The notes beneath the pieces were generated by a model. That model did no database searches. It was not told the origin of the DNA and worked only from the letters and a program-made list of their open reading frames with translations. Made by a program: the position numbers and the translations under genes. A stretch of 64,000 bases of DNA from the NCBI GenBank assembly GCA_028826165.1, contig JAPDFW010000094.1, positions 124,001-188,000 of the forward strand. The letters are read 5' to 3'. This stretch comes from Anaeramoeba ignava BMAN (Eukaryota > Protista > Anaeramoebae). The first letter of the stretch is position 1. Every line of letters begins with the position of its first letter. Of this stretch, positions 1 through 13,404 are shown one piece after another.

Positions 1-2582
1 TTCAATTTCGTGATCTTCAGGTGGAAATGGTCTATTAACAAGACTGTGATGATCATGAAATACTTCGTCAATATAAAGATGAACTTTTTCATGAATTTTT
101 TCAATTCTATTTTTTGATTTAAAAAGATATATTTTTATTTTATAAATATTTTTTGATTTATAAAGAGATATTTTTATGATATAAATATTTTTTGATTTAA
201 AGAGATATATTTTTATTTTATATATATTTTTTGATATAAAAGGATATATTTATTTTATAAATATTTTTTGATTTAAAGAGATATATTTTTGTTATAAATA
301 TTTTTTGGTTTAAAAAGATATATTTTTATTATAAATATTTTTTGATTTAAAAGGATAAATTTTTTTAATTTCCTTACTCAACTGCTCCTCCAATAAAATG
401 TTGTGCTTCTCGACTTAATAAAACTATTTGTAAAATTTTCATTCCATGTCTTTTTATTTTTTTTTAAATAAATTTATTATTAATTTTAAATTTATTAATT
501 TTAAATAAATTTATTATTATTTCTTTACTGATCATCTTCTGAAGTTTGAGGAGGTTGAATTATTAATGAATCAACAATTTGATGAATTTGAGCATGAAAA
601 AAATATTGACTATAATGAGCATCTGAATGATCTAAAGCTAAAAAAAAAGGAAAAGAGAATAAAAGAGTATATTTCATGTAAATGAATATTTTTTTATGAA
701 AAAAATAATATAAATATTAATATAAACCTAATTTTCCTGGTAAAGTTGGTTCATAAATGAAAAAATGAGGAGTTAATGTAATAACTCCAGGAATTTTCTT
801 TCCAGGAACCCATAAGAAAACAGATTCTTTAACAATATTTTCATATTGTTCTACTTCATCATCTTCGAAATTTTGAGATGAAGTTTCTTCTTTGTCTGTT
901 TGATTGAATGAATCTTCATGTTTCAATGTTATTATTGGTTCAACATTTGGAATATTATCTTCTAATATTTCTAAATTTTCATCATCTTGAAAAATATTCA
1001 TTTTATGCTTATATAAATTTTGCTTTTCTGATTGATTATTTGGTTCTTGGGAAATATTTTCGTTTATTTTTTTATTCTTTTTAATTTCCTTTTTTAATTT
1101 GAATTGAATTAAATTGAATTAAATTAAATTGAATTGAATTGAATATTGAATTAAATTAAATTGAATATTAAATTGAATTGAATTGAATATTAAATTGAAT
1201 ATTAAATTGAATATTAAATTGAATATTGAATTGAATATTAAATTGAATTAAATTGAATTAAATTGAATTGAATTGAATTGAATATTAAATTGAATTGAAT
1301 ATTAAATTGAATATTAAATTGAATTGAATATTAAATTAAATTGAATATTAAATTGAATATTAAATTAAATATTGAATTGAATATTAAATTAAATATTGAA
1401 TTGAATATTAAATTGAATTGAATTGAATATTAAATTGAATTGAATTGAATTAAATATTGAATTGAATTAAATTAAATTGAATTGAATTGTCGAATTGAAT
1501 TAAATATTGAATTGAATTAAATTAAATTGAATTGAATTGAATTGAATTGAATTGAATTAAATTGAATATTGAATTGAATTGAATTAAATATTAAATTAAA
1601 TTGAATTAAATATTAAATTAAATCGAATTAAATATTAAATTGAATTGAAATTAAATATTGAATTGAATATTGAATATTGAATTGAATATTGAATTAAATA
1701 TTAAATTGATTAAATATTGAATTGAATTGAATATTGAATTAAATTAAATATTGAATATTAAATTGAATATTGAATATTGAATATTGAATATTGAATATTG
1801 AATTGAATTGAATATTGAATTGAATATTGAATATTGAATTGAATTGAATTGAATTGAATATTGAATTGAATATTGAATTGAATTAAATTAAATATTGAAT
1901 TGAATTTTTTACATTTAAATTTGGACTTAAATTTGATTTTAAATTTGGACTTAAATTTGATTTTAAATTTGGACTTAAATTTGATTTTAAATTTGGACTT
2001 AAATTTGATTTTAAATTTGGACTTGAATTCGAATTTGGATTTAAACTTAAATTTGAATCTAAATTTAAATTTGGACTTGAATTTGTATTTGGATTTAAAC
2101 TTAAATTTGCATTTGAATTTAAATTTAAATTTGAATTTGATTTTAAATTTGGACTTGAATTTATATTTGGATTTGAACTTAAATTTGAATCATTTCCACA
2201 ATTTATAATATGTTTATTCTTTTGTGATTCTTGAGATTCAAGATATTTTCTATAATATTCTTGAGGAATATATAAAATTTGTTTTGGAAAAATCTAAAAA
2301 AAAGAAAAAAAAAAGCAAAAAAAAATATAATTTATAAATAATTAATTAAATTAAATTAAATTAAATTAATTAATATAATTGACATTTTTTTTTTTCAAGT
2401 CAAAAAATTAAAAATTAAAAAATTACTCGATCAGAAAATAAACCATTAAAAGTTTTTAATTGAGAAACTTGCATCCCAAATTTTATTGCAACTCCTGTTA
2501 AAGTTTCACGTGGTATTGTTTTATAAGGAATTGCAGTTTCTGGAATAAAATCTTTCTTTTGCGTTTTGAACAAATCTCCCAT
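1..2582 (-). CDS. OXR1/NCOA7-like LysM + GRAM-like protein, multi-exon, 3' end (expected TLDc domain) beyond the window start
   Basis: ATG at 2582 gives MGDLFKTQKKDFIPETAIPYKTIPRETLTGVAIKFGMQVSQLKTFNGLFSDR (LysM pattern). A downstream exon (ORF 717..1001) has IPGVITLTPHFFIYEP, matching the OXR1 GRAM-like motif GVLLVTPNNIMFDP. At least 5 GT-AG introns. TLDc is not visible in the window. Confidence 0.75.
1100..1905. repeat. Intronic satellite (ATTCA/AATTCAAT on the sense strand) in OXR1-like intron 2
   Basis: Degenerate 5-7 bp aattg/aatattg units; donor GT at 1912-1911 on the minus strand. Confidence 0.9.
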
Positions 2583-2903
2583 TTTATAAATGATTTATTT
2601 ATTTTTTTTATTATTTCAAAAAAAAAACGAAAAAAAAAATTGAAAATTAAAAACAAAAAAATTTTTTATTTTTAATTTTTTTTTTTATTTATATTTCATC
2701 AAATTTTCTAAAAAATTGGTTTAATTTTTTTTAGGGGGGTTTTTTGGTTTCTTTTAATATTTAATTAATAGAATTTAAATCTAAATAAAAATTGTTTAAA
2801 AATAAATTTTTTCATTTTTAATTTTTGAAATTTTTTTTTCCCAATTTTTTTTTTTTCTCAATTTTTTTTTTTTCATTTTTTTCATTTCTTTTTTTTAATT
2901 AAA

Positions 2904-4608
2904 ATGTTTTACAATCACTTAACAAATGCAAGAAGATTAGAATCTATTGATAAAAAACAGGTTTATTTTATATTTATTTTATTTTCTCAATCCAAAAAAA
3001 TTAAATTAAAAAAATTAAATTAAAAAAATTAAATTAAAAAATTAAATTAAAAAATTGAAAATTTGAATTGAAAATTTTAATTCATTTCCTTTTTAGGAAG
3101 CACTTCAAGCATATATTCAAACATTTAATATTATCATTGAAAATCTTTCAAAACCAGAAATCTATTTCCAAGCTGAAGAACTTTCAGAAACATCAAAGAA
3201 ATCAATTGAAACTAATTTTGAAATTTGTCGAACTTGCATTCAAAAAATTCAAACATTATTTTCTCAATTACCAAAAACTTCAACTGAAGAAAGAGAATTA
3301 TTACAACTCAAAAAAGAAGACGAAAATCCAAAAGATAATCTTCTTTCAGTTTTTAGGAAAATCAATAAAAAACCGTTATCTATATTTCGAAACTTAATTT
3401 TCCGAACAAAAGTTTTAAAAATTGAACAAAATGAAAGATTTCTTGAATTTTATCAAAATATTCATTATCGATATGATTTAAAGTTAAAAGAAAGTATCAA
3501 TACAAATGCAGAATTTGAAAAGGAATATCAACTTAAAAAAAAGGAATCTGAAATTATTTTTGAAAATATTTTAAAGGAAATGAAAAACAAAGAAAATAAA
3601 ATTGAAGAAATTATTTCAAAAAGTTTTCAAATGAATTTATCAGAAGCATTAAATCTAGAAAACGGTTTAAATTCTACAGAAAAAGAAGATGTTCAAGCAT
3701 TAATTGAATATTGTGGAGAAAAGAAGATATTCATTGATGAATTTAAAAAGGATGATTTAAATGATTTTTTAACAAAATTTGTAGATCAAGCAATTTTGTA
3801 TTTTTTATAAAAAACAAAAAATTTAATTTTAATTTAATTTAATTTAATTTAATTTAATTTTTATAAAGAAAACATGAAGATGTTAATCGTGCTTATCAAA
3901 AGTTTATTAATTTTTTTGTGAAATTAAAAGAAAGTTATTCTAAATTTGATTATGAAGTGATGATATTTTTGTAAATAAATAAATTAAAATTTTTCAATTA
4001 AAATTTTTAAATTAAAATTTTTCATTTTAATCAAAATAGCAAGATTGGATCAATTTCTTAAAACACATTTTCTTCCAATGAATAAATCAAAAAGTTTACG
4101 AACTCTTTGTTGTTTAAAAACTCAAGAAACTATTTTTCAAGAACTTTATTCAAATGTAATAGAGCTTTACCATCAAAAATACACTAAAGTCAACAATCAA
4201 ATCAATCAGAATATCAATAAAAGAAAAACCGAAGAAATGAAACAATTTGCAATTCCAACAAAATTAATGGATATTTTCAAAAGTGATGAAGAAAGCAAAA
4301 CAACAAATTTTATTGAAGAAATTTCAAGTCATTTTAAACAAATTTCATCAACAAAATCACCAAAAGAAAAATTTGAATTACTTCAAACAATAACAAAAAA
4401 AATTTTAGAAAAAATTGGTTCAATTTCAAAAGAAATTCAAATTAATGATTTACTTCCTTTATATAATTTTTTACTTGCAAAATCAGAAATTGAATTTCCA
4501 TTTTCTCAACTGATTTTTTTGAATAATTTCATTTCAATTTATCAACTTAAATCATTTGATGGATTTAATTTCTTTCTTTTTAGTTCATCAGTTATTTCAT
4601 TTCTTTAA
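2904..4608 (+). CDS. VPS9-domain Rab5 GEF with MIT-like N-terminus (VPS9D1-like), about 4 exons
   Basis: ATG 2904 MFYNHLTNARRLESIDKKQ|EALQAYIQTFNIIIENL (MIT-like). Last exon has the VPS9 motifs SPKEKFELL...NDLLPLYNFLLAKS...SQLIFLNNF. Confidence 0.75.
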
Positions 4609-4614
4609 AAGGAG

Positions 4615-5820
4615 ATTCAATTTTCAAATCTTTAATTCAATTTTCAAATCTTTAATTCAATTTTCAAATCTTTAATTCAATTTTCAAATCTTTAGTTCAA
4701 TATTCAATTCAATATTCAATTCAATATTCAATTCAATTTAATTCAATTTAATTCAATTTTTAATTCAATATTTAATATTTAATTCAATTCAATTTTCAGA
4801 TCAATTCAATATTCAATATAATATTTAATATTCAATTCAATATTCAATTCAATTCAATATTCAATATTCAATTTAATTCAATATTCAATTCAATTTTCAA
4901 TATTCAATTTAATAATTAATTTTATTTAATTTAATTTCAATATTCAATTCAATTCAATTTAATATTTAATTTTAATTTAATAATTTTTAATTTATTCCAT
5001 TCAATTCAATATAATATTCAATATTTATTCAATTTAATTCAATATAATATTCAATTTTCAATATTCAATTTAATTCAATTCAATATAATATTCAATTTTT
5101 TTTATTTTTAATAAAAATTTCCAATTTTAATATTTAATATTTTTGTTTTTAAATTCACAGGTGCTGGGATTCAATATTCATTCAATATTCAATTCAATAT
5201 TCAATTCACCCAATTCAATATTTATTTTTATTCAATTTTCATTTTTCAATATTTTTGTATTTAAAAATTTTTTTTAAATTTTTTAATGAAATTATTTGAA
5301 GGTTCAAATTTATTCAATTATTCAATATTCAATATTCATATTTAATTCATTCAAATTCAATATATTTTAATTCAATTTAATATTCATTTTAATTCAATTT
5401 AATTTCAATTCAATATTCAATTTAATTTATTTCAATATTCATTTCAATATTCAATTTTATTTATTTAATTTAATATTCAATTTAATTCAATATTCAATTC
5501 AATTCAATTCAATTCAATATTCAATTCAAAATTTAATATTCAATTCAATTTTCAATTCAATTTAATATTCAATTTAATTCAATTTAATTTAATTCAATTC
5601 AATTTAATATTCAATTCAATTTAATTCAATATTCAATTTAATTCAATTCAATATTCAATTCAATTCAATTCAATATTCAATTCAATTTAATATTTAATTC
5701 AATTCAATTCAATTTAATATTCAATTCAATATTCAATTTAATATTCAATTTAATATTCAATTTAATATTCAATTCAATTTAATATTCAATTTAATATTCA
5801 ATTTAATATTCAATTCAATT
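4615..5820. repeat. Intergenic ATTCA/AATATTC satellite
   Basis: About 1.2 kb of degenerate attca/aatattc units between the VPS9 gene and U4. Confidence 0.9.
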
Positions 5821-5866
5821 TTTTTATCTTTTTTTATTTTAATTTTTAATAAAAAAAAAAATTAAA

Positions 5867-5876
5867 TCCATAATCG
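5867..5876 (+). promoter_or_regulatory. Putative snRNA PSE/USE element TCCATAATCG
   Basis: The only C/G-containing motif in the AT-only upstream region, at -67..-58 relative to the U4 start. It resembles the plant USE TCCCACATCG in sequence and position. Confidence 0.55.
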
Positions 5877-5933
5877 AAAAAAATTTTTTATTAAAAATAA
5901 TTAAAATATTTTTTTTTGTTTTTTTAAATATTT

Positions 5934-6077
5934 AGTTCTTGCACAGGTGCTGGGATTCAATGATCGATGGGAGAATTCCTCAGTGCTTTTTCGCAAACTA
6001 AAACCAATACCCCCGCACAGGACCCCTTCGAGGGCGTCCAGTGCGAATTTCTGGAAAGAGATTTAACCCATCTCTTC
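5934..6077 (+). ncRNA. U4 spliceosomal snRNA (about 144 nt)
   Basis: 5' AGUUCUUGCACAGGUGC (U4/U6 stem II). 5' stem-loop GGGAUUC-AAU-GA..GA-GAAUUCC forming a Snu13 kink-turn. UGCU (stem I, pairs with U6 AGCA). CCAAUACCCCCGC as in metazoan U4. 3' stem CGCAC/GUGCG and GGAC/GUCC, Sm site AAUUUCUGG, terminal hairpin AGAGAU/AUCUCU. Confidence 0.92.
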
Positions 6078-6139
6078 ATTTTTATTTTTATTTTTATTTT
6101 TATTTTTTTCATTTTTTCATTTTATTTTTTTGTATTTAA

Positions 6140-9100
6140 ATGACTGATGATTTTATTTTAAATTTTATTAATGAAATTAATTGTGAAGGTTCAAATGGTG
6201 ATTTATATTTAATTCAACTTTATATTTAAATCAGCTTTATATTTAATTTAACTTTATATTCAATTTAATTTTATATTTAAATCAATTTTATATTCAATTT
6301 AACTTTATATTTAATTCAACTTTATATTCAAATTAACTTTATATTTAATTTAATTTTATATTCAATTTAATTTTATATTTAATTTAACTTTATATTCAAT
6401 CCAATTTTATATTCAAATTGAAATTAATATTAAATTCAATTATATTGAAATTAAAATTATATTCAATCCAATTTTATATTCAATCCAATTTTATATTCAT
6501 ATTGAAATTAAAATTAAATTCAATTATATTTTATTCAATTTTATATTCAAATTCAAATTAATATTAAATTCAATTATATTGAAATTAAAATTAAAATAAA
6601 AAAAAAGGTTGTGACTTAGATACATTTTGGAACTTAATAAATTGCAAAAACAAAATATTCAAAAATTTCCTTTTTAAAAAATTATTATCATTAAACTCAA
6701 TATCTTTCTATTATAAAAAAGAAAATCAAGTAAATATATTTTATTCTTTTTATGATTATTTATATTTATATTAATTTTTTTTAAAAAAAATAGCTCGAAA
6801 TTATTAATGAAAAAAAACTCAAAAAATTATCTTCTTTTGATAATAAATCCATAGTTTTAATTAGTAAAAAACAATTCAATCTCAAATTTTTGGGAATAAA
6901 TGAAGTAAATTTCATTTCCTTAATTTTTTTTTAAAAAAAAATATAAAAGAAATTCAATTTAATTTTAGTTTGTAAATTATTTAACTCCTATTCATATAAA
7001 AATTATCGAATCAATCACAAAATCACGTCAACAAGGTTTATTGTCATCTTCTCTTCGAAAAGAATTTAATTTAGATCCAAAACAATTCTTTTATCTTTCT
7101 GATAAATTACTTAAATTTCAAATTATGTACATTTTATTATCTTAATCCTTTTTTTCCAAAAAAAAAAAATTTCATTCCAAAAAATGAAAAAAATAAAAAG
7201 TCAAAGAATTAGTGTTACAGTTGTTAAATTTACTCAAGACTTAAATAATACTTCAAATCAAAAAAATATTTCACGCTCAAAAGATTTTATTTATTTTCAT
7301 TCAAGATTTAAATCAATTTTCAATTTAAATTTTACAAACCAAAAATTATCCAATTTAGGAATTAAGTAAAAAAAAAATCCATTTTATAAAATTTTAAATC
7401 TTAGTTTGTAAATAATTTATATTCTCTTTTTCTTTTCTTGATTGAAAGATGTATTCCTCGTTATGATAAACAAACAATTATTCAAAGAATTTCACAATTT
7501 TTATTGAACAAAATACAAAAAACAGAAAAAATTAAAGAAATCAAAATTAGAGAAATTCGAAATTCAATTGTAATTTATTTCCTTTTATTCAGAATCAAAA
7601 TGTTAAATTGAATTCGAAAATTTTTTTTTTGTTTCATTTTTGGAAATCTTTTTAGTTCTTGAATGGAAGCACTCAATCTCAAAATATTTTTTTCAATGAA
7701 TCAATTCAAAAAATGATCCAAAAAAATATAATTGAAAGAACAAATCATTTCAATGAATTCAAAATTACAATTAAAAATCAAGAGAAATTGAAGAAATTAA
7801 TCAATCAAAGTAAAGAAATGATTTTTTTTTGTAATTTAATTCCAAAAGAAAAAAAAAATTTATTGTTTTTTCTTCTTCTTCTTATTCCTTTACTTATTAA
7901 TTCAGAACCAAAATCTCAAAATCCAAGAAATTCTTTATTGGAAAATCCAATTACTTTTGAAAATCCAATTCTTTTTCAATTTAATGATTATATTCTTCAA
8001 CATGGAATTGAAGGAATAAATCAAAAAGTATTACAAGAAAAAAAAATAAATATGAAATGAAATAAAATGTAAAATTTATTTAATATTGATTTAAAGGAAC
8101 TTGCAAATGCTTTTGGAGCAGATTCTCAATTATTTGAATATGTTGTGAAAATTCTAACTCAAAAAGAAAAGATTCAAAAAATTCCTCATTCAGATTATAA
8201 ATCTTTCACTTACAAACTCGTGAATACTTCAATTTCAAATGGAATTATTGAGAAAAATAATAATGATTATAATTACAATAATTTGAAAAGGAAAGTTTCT
8301 CAAGAAAATCAAAGTGAAAAAATAACGGAAAATTTGGATAATGATTGCGATTTAAAAAGACCAAAAACAGGCTCAACACAAAAAAATAAACATAAAAATT
8401 CAAGACAATTAACAAAAGAAACAATAAATAGATTAAGTTTTATTGAAAATTTAATCAACTCAAAAAGAGGAATTCTTATGAAGAAAATTGCCAAGAAAAT
8501 TGATAAAGAAGAAGGAAATCAAGCTCATATCGATAATAAAACTGTAGAACGTTTGATTGAGAGATTGATCAATTTGGGAAAATGCAAAAAGAGATCAATT
8601 TCAGCGAAAATTGCAAATAAACTACAATATTTGAAAATTGTTGTTCATCCAGAAGTTACAAATGAAGAATTATTAAAACTTACAGCAAATATCAACCAAA
8701 AGAAAAAAAAACCAGTAAAAAATGGATCACCTATCAAGCAAAGTTTATTGTATAAAAATTCCAAAATTCTTCATGCAAATGGATTTTATCCTGGATTTTT
8801 ATATCGCACAAAATTTTTACACAGTTTTATTATTCGAAAATTTATTTCTCAACCAAAAAATGCCAATTTATTGAAAAATGGAGATTTGATTTATTGGGAT
8901 ATTAACGCTAACGTTTTAATTCAAGAAATGGAATTCAATATTTTCAGGAAAGTAATTGGAGTTAATTTCATTATCCATGAAAATTGGCCTAAAGAAATGG
9001 ATATTTCTCAACTTCCCAAAACCAAAACCAAGGATTTACCTGAAAAATGGAGCATGTATTTAACAGGATATTCATTGAATCAATTACGAAAAATTTTAGA

Positions 9101-12007
9101 ATTGCTTGAATTATTGGGATTAGTTGGAATTGATAAAACCCAAAACTTTTCTCTCCCAATTTCAGATCAAGTTGAAAAACCCCAAACTTTTAATTTAAAT
9201 TTGGTCAAAATTTATGCGAAATGTTCAACTCAAAATGCCCCTTGGTCAAAAGATGGATATGATTTTTTGATGAATAAATTTGATGTGAAATATTATTGGA
9301 GAGACTTGAAAAAATTTGCATTGAATCAAACAGATCAATTCCTAAATTTGAATCTTCGGCCAGAATTTGCAACTTTACCAAATTCATGGCAAAAAAAAAT
9401 TCCTATTGATAAAGAAATGAGGAAAATGGTTAAAAAATGGATTTTGGAAGATCATCAAAAACAGGATATGGAGAACTTTGTTAATAAACTATCATTTGAA
9501 TTTGGTATTCCAAAAGAAAGAGCCAAAAGATATTTAGAAAAGAAGAAAAAATCACATCAATTTAAAAAGAATCGAAAGTTTCATTTTTTAGAAAAAAAAA
9601 CTTTCAAAAAAAAGCAATATAAACCTGAACAGAATAAAAACATCGAGGAAATTCAAATGGTTAAATTAGAAAATGAGGATGAGAACAATCTTGATATTTT
9701 TTCACCATTATATTCATTTCCAAAAAGGTTTTTTGAAATAGCATTTCCTTTTAATATTGAAAAGATTCCGAAAAATGAAAAGATGAAAATTCAAGCATTT
9801 CAATCTGTTGCTTCTTTTTTCAATAAGGAAATATTGAATATTCATCAAAATTTCATTAATCAAAATTCAAATCAAAATCAAAAAAGAGTGAATTGGAAAT
9901 TAATTGATCAAATTTTACTTCAATCTTTTGCCATTTTGATATCAAGAATAATTTCAGTACAAAAACCTAAAATTAACCAAAATCAGTTTGTAGTAATAAA
10001 AAGACAATTTTGTTCAATTTTATCATCGCAATTAAATATTCCTAAAAAAAAGATTAATCGAAGATTTGCTTTGTTAATGAAAAAAGAAAATTCACAAATT
10101 TATTTTCTTGATTTAGTTGATTGGCATTTAATTAGATTAAAAATGGAATTTTTAACTTTGCTTGGAAAAGAAATTGGAGGAAAATATCAAAAATTTGAAT
10201 CAATTGATTACAATTCATTTTCAAAAGAAGTTTTTTCTTTTATTCACAATAATTTGGGGATTTTAAATGAAGAAAATTATAAAATTTCTTATCCATCAAT
10301 TACAGAAAACGAACCAATTTATGAAAAAATGAGGAAATTTGATTGGGAAACCATTTTTGCAATAGAAACATTGAAAATGCTATTTGCGATTCCCAATGAA
10401 GAATACACAACAGAAAATGCATATAATTCCATTGAGTTTATTTCTGATGAAAAAGTTCATGAAGCTTTCAATTTCCTCAGTGAAAATTTCTTGATTAAAA
10501 AAAGGAAAAACGAAAAATATTTGCAAATTCTTGAAGAACCTGTGAAAAAACTTAATAATGAAAGGAAACAATTTGAAGAATTATTGTGTTCAATGCAAAA
10601 AATGAAGAAATCACTTCCACAAAATGAAGTTGTAAATGCTTCCCATTTTCAAATTGATGAAAGTTTTTTACTGAATATTTTTGAATTGATTTCTTTGAAA
10701 AAAATCCAATTTGAAGTGAAAATATCCAAAAAATTATTTCAAAATTTCAATGGAAAAGAAATGGGATTTTATAGCAAAAGATTTTCAGATATAGATTATT
10801 TTACTGAAATGGATCATGAAATTGAAGTTCATTGTTATTGTTTTAATCGTTGTTTTTTTGATGATGAAAAATTTGAAATGGAAAATGAAAATTATTTATT
10901 GAATATCAAAAGCAATAATCATTTGCATGAATTAAAAGAACCGATTCATAAAGAACTAAATGATTTATTCAAATTTATTGAAGAGAATGAGTTTCCATTT
11001 AATTCAATTTTAGTAGAAAGTGTTTATTCATTTATTTTGGAAAAGAGAGAGAAAGGATGTTCATTTGAAGTAATTTCCAAAATGGCACAAAAAAATATTG
11101 GAATTGAAATTTCGAATTTTTATATAAATTTTTTGATAAGAAAAATTATAATTCTTCTTCAAAATTTTGGACTTATTGAAAATTTCAAGAAAGGATTTTA
11201 TATTGCAACAAAATATTGGAAAATTTATTCTTTAGAAACAAAAAATTGGAATGAAGAACCAAGTTTATTAAAGATTTTTTTAAATGATAAGAAAATTGAA
11301 AATGATAAGAAAATTGAAAATCAAAATCAAAAATCAAAATCAAAATCATAAGAAAATTGAAAATGATAAGAAAATTGAAAATGATAATGAAAATCAAAAT
11401 CAAAATCAAGAAAATTGAAAATCAAAATCAAAATCAAAATCAAAATCAAAATCAAAATCAAAATCTAAATCAAAATCAAAATCAAAATCAAAATCAAAAT
11501 CAAAATCAAAATCTAAATCTAAATCAAAATCAAAATCAAAATCAAAATCAAAATCAAAATCAAAATCAAAATCAAAATATCAACAAAACTTTAGATTATT
11601 CTAAAAATAAACTCAATTTATATAGAACTCAAATTTGTAAAGAAATTATTCAGAATCCAGGAATTTTATTTAAAAAACTTTTGGATATTTTTATTGTAGT
11701 TCATCCTGCAGATTTATATCGTTTATTAATAAGTTTGGAATTAGATTGTATTATAAAAGCATATTTTATTAAACATTCTTTTAATCCTTTTTCTATTAAT
11801 GAAGATGATTATATTTTTGAGAATTTAGAACTTTTTAATGATAGATTTGATTTTTCTGAAGATGTTTATAATTTTTGTTATTTTCCTTGTCAAAATGCTT
11901 TAAGTAAACTTTATGAAATTGAAGAAGATTTAAAAAAAGAGAAACAAAAAGAAATTATTAAAATTGAAAAGAAAAAATATCATTTAAGAAGTAAAAAAAC
12001 CGATTAA
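6140..12007 (+). CDS. GTF3C1: TFIIIC largest (B-block binding) subunit, about 8 introns at the 5' end, apparent 1-bp frameshifts near 6995 and 11340
   Basis: MTDDFILNFINEINCEGSNG|CDLDTFWNLI matches the GTF3C1 N-terminus (LLDEVALEGLDG...LW). IIESITKSRQQGLLSSSLRKEFNLDPKQFFY matches the B-block domain. Also HIDNKTVERLIERL, ANGFYPGFLYRTKFLHSF and C-terminal IIQNPGI. Confidence 0.85.
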
Positions 12008-12298
12008 TTTTAATTTAAATTAAATTCCACTTTTAATTTTAATTTTTTTGATTTATAAATTAATTCCAAATTTTAATTTTAAATTAAATTCCACTTTTAA
12101 ATTTAATTTTTTTGATTTATAAATTAAAAAATAGAATAAAGTTTTTTTTATCATTTTTTTGAAATAATTAAGTTATTTTAATTTTAAATTTAAAAAGTAA
12201 AGAAAAAAAGAAAAAATTTTTATTTTTTTTCATTTTCCCAATTAAAAAAAATTTTTTTTTTCCAATTTATTTTTTTCATTTTTTTTTCATTAATTAAA

Positions 12299-13177
12299 AT
12301 GCAAGATCAACAACAAGAACAAGAAAAACAACAAGAACAAGAAAAACAACAACAAGAAAAACAAGAAGAAACAAAACAACAAGAAGAACCAAAAGTAAGA
12401 AAAGGAAGAAAAGGAAGAAATCCAGAAAGCAAAAAAGGAGAAAAAAAAACAGATGTAGAAGTTAAAAAATGGAAAGGTTTGTTTTAAAATTTTACATAAA
12501 AAACACAAAATTTAATCTAATTTAATTTAAAAAAATTTGTTCCAAATATTTAAACAAAATCAACTTTTAAAACAACAGGAATTGCGTAAGAGATTTTATA
12601 AATCAAAAATTAAAAATTAAAATAAAATTAAAATTAAAATTAAAATTAAAATTAAAATTAAAATTAAAATTAAAATTAAAATTTAAATTAAAATTAAAAT
12701 CAAAATTAAAATTAAAATTAAAATCAAAATTAAAATCAAAATTAAAATTAAAATTAAAATTAAAATTAAAATTAAAAATCAAAATTATAATTAAAATTAA
12801 AATTAAAATTTAAAATTAAATTTAAAATCAAAAATATTATTAAAAATTAAAATCAAAATTAAAATTAAAATCAATATTAAAATCAATATTAAAATTAAAA
12901 TTAAAATCAATATTAAATTTAAATTAAAAATCAAAATCAATATAGAGTATGGCAATATGATGGGGATGATATATGTGGAATTTGTAGAAATCAATTAATG
13001 GAATTATGTATTGAATGCCAAGCAAATCCAAATCCCACAACAAATCAAGAATGTACTGTTGCTTGGGGAATTTGTGGTCATGCTTTTCATTTTCATTGTA
13101 TTTCCCGTTTCTTAAAAACAAGAACAATTTGTCCATTATGCACAAGAGATTGGGAATATCAAAAAGTTGGTTATTAA
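12299..13177 (+). CDS. RBX1: RING-box protein RBX1 paralog A, 3 exons including a 7-nt microexon at 12579-12585
   Basis: Spliced product ...VEVKKWKG|IA|[76 protein letters not shown], a RING-H2 with the RBX1 signature. Confidence 0.9.
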
Positions 13178-13404
13178 TTTTTTCTCTTTCAAAACCTTTT
13201 TTTTAAAATCATTTGATAAAAAACACAATTTTCCAAAAAAAGAATAAATAAAACAAACAAGAAATTCCACTTTTAATTTATTCCATTTTTATTATTAATT
13301 TTTTTAATAAATTAAAATTGGGATTTTTAAACAAAAAAAAAAGAGAAAAAAAATTTTTTCATTTTCATTTTTTTCTTTTTATTCATTTATTCAAAATTTA
13401 AAAA

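Noticed and set aside
2427-2582. LysM domain as a peptidoglycan receptor linked to the amino-sugar genes
   Set aside because: It is followed by the OXR1/NCOA7 GRAM-like motif. LysM is a standard part of that conserved intracellular family.
5934-6077. GC-rich island as tRNA, 5S rRNA or U4atac
   Set aside because: It has no cloverleaf or A/B boxes. The K-turn, CCAAUACCCC, Sm site and post-Sm hairpin fit major-spliceosome U4.
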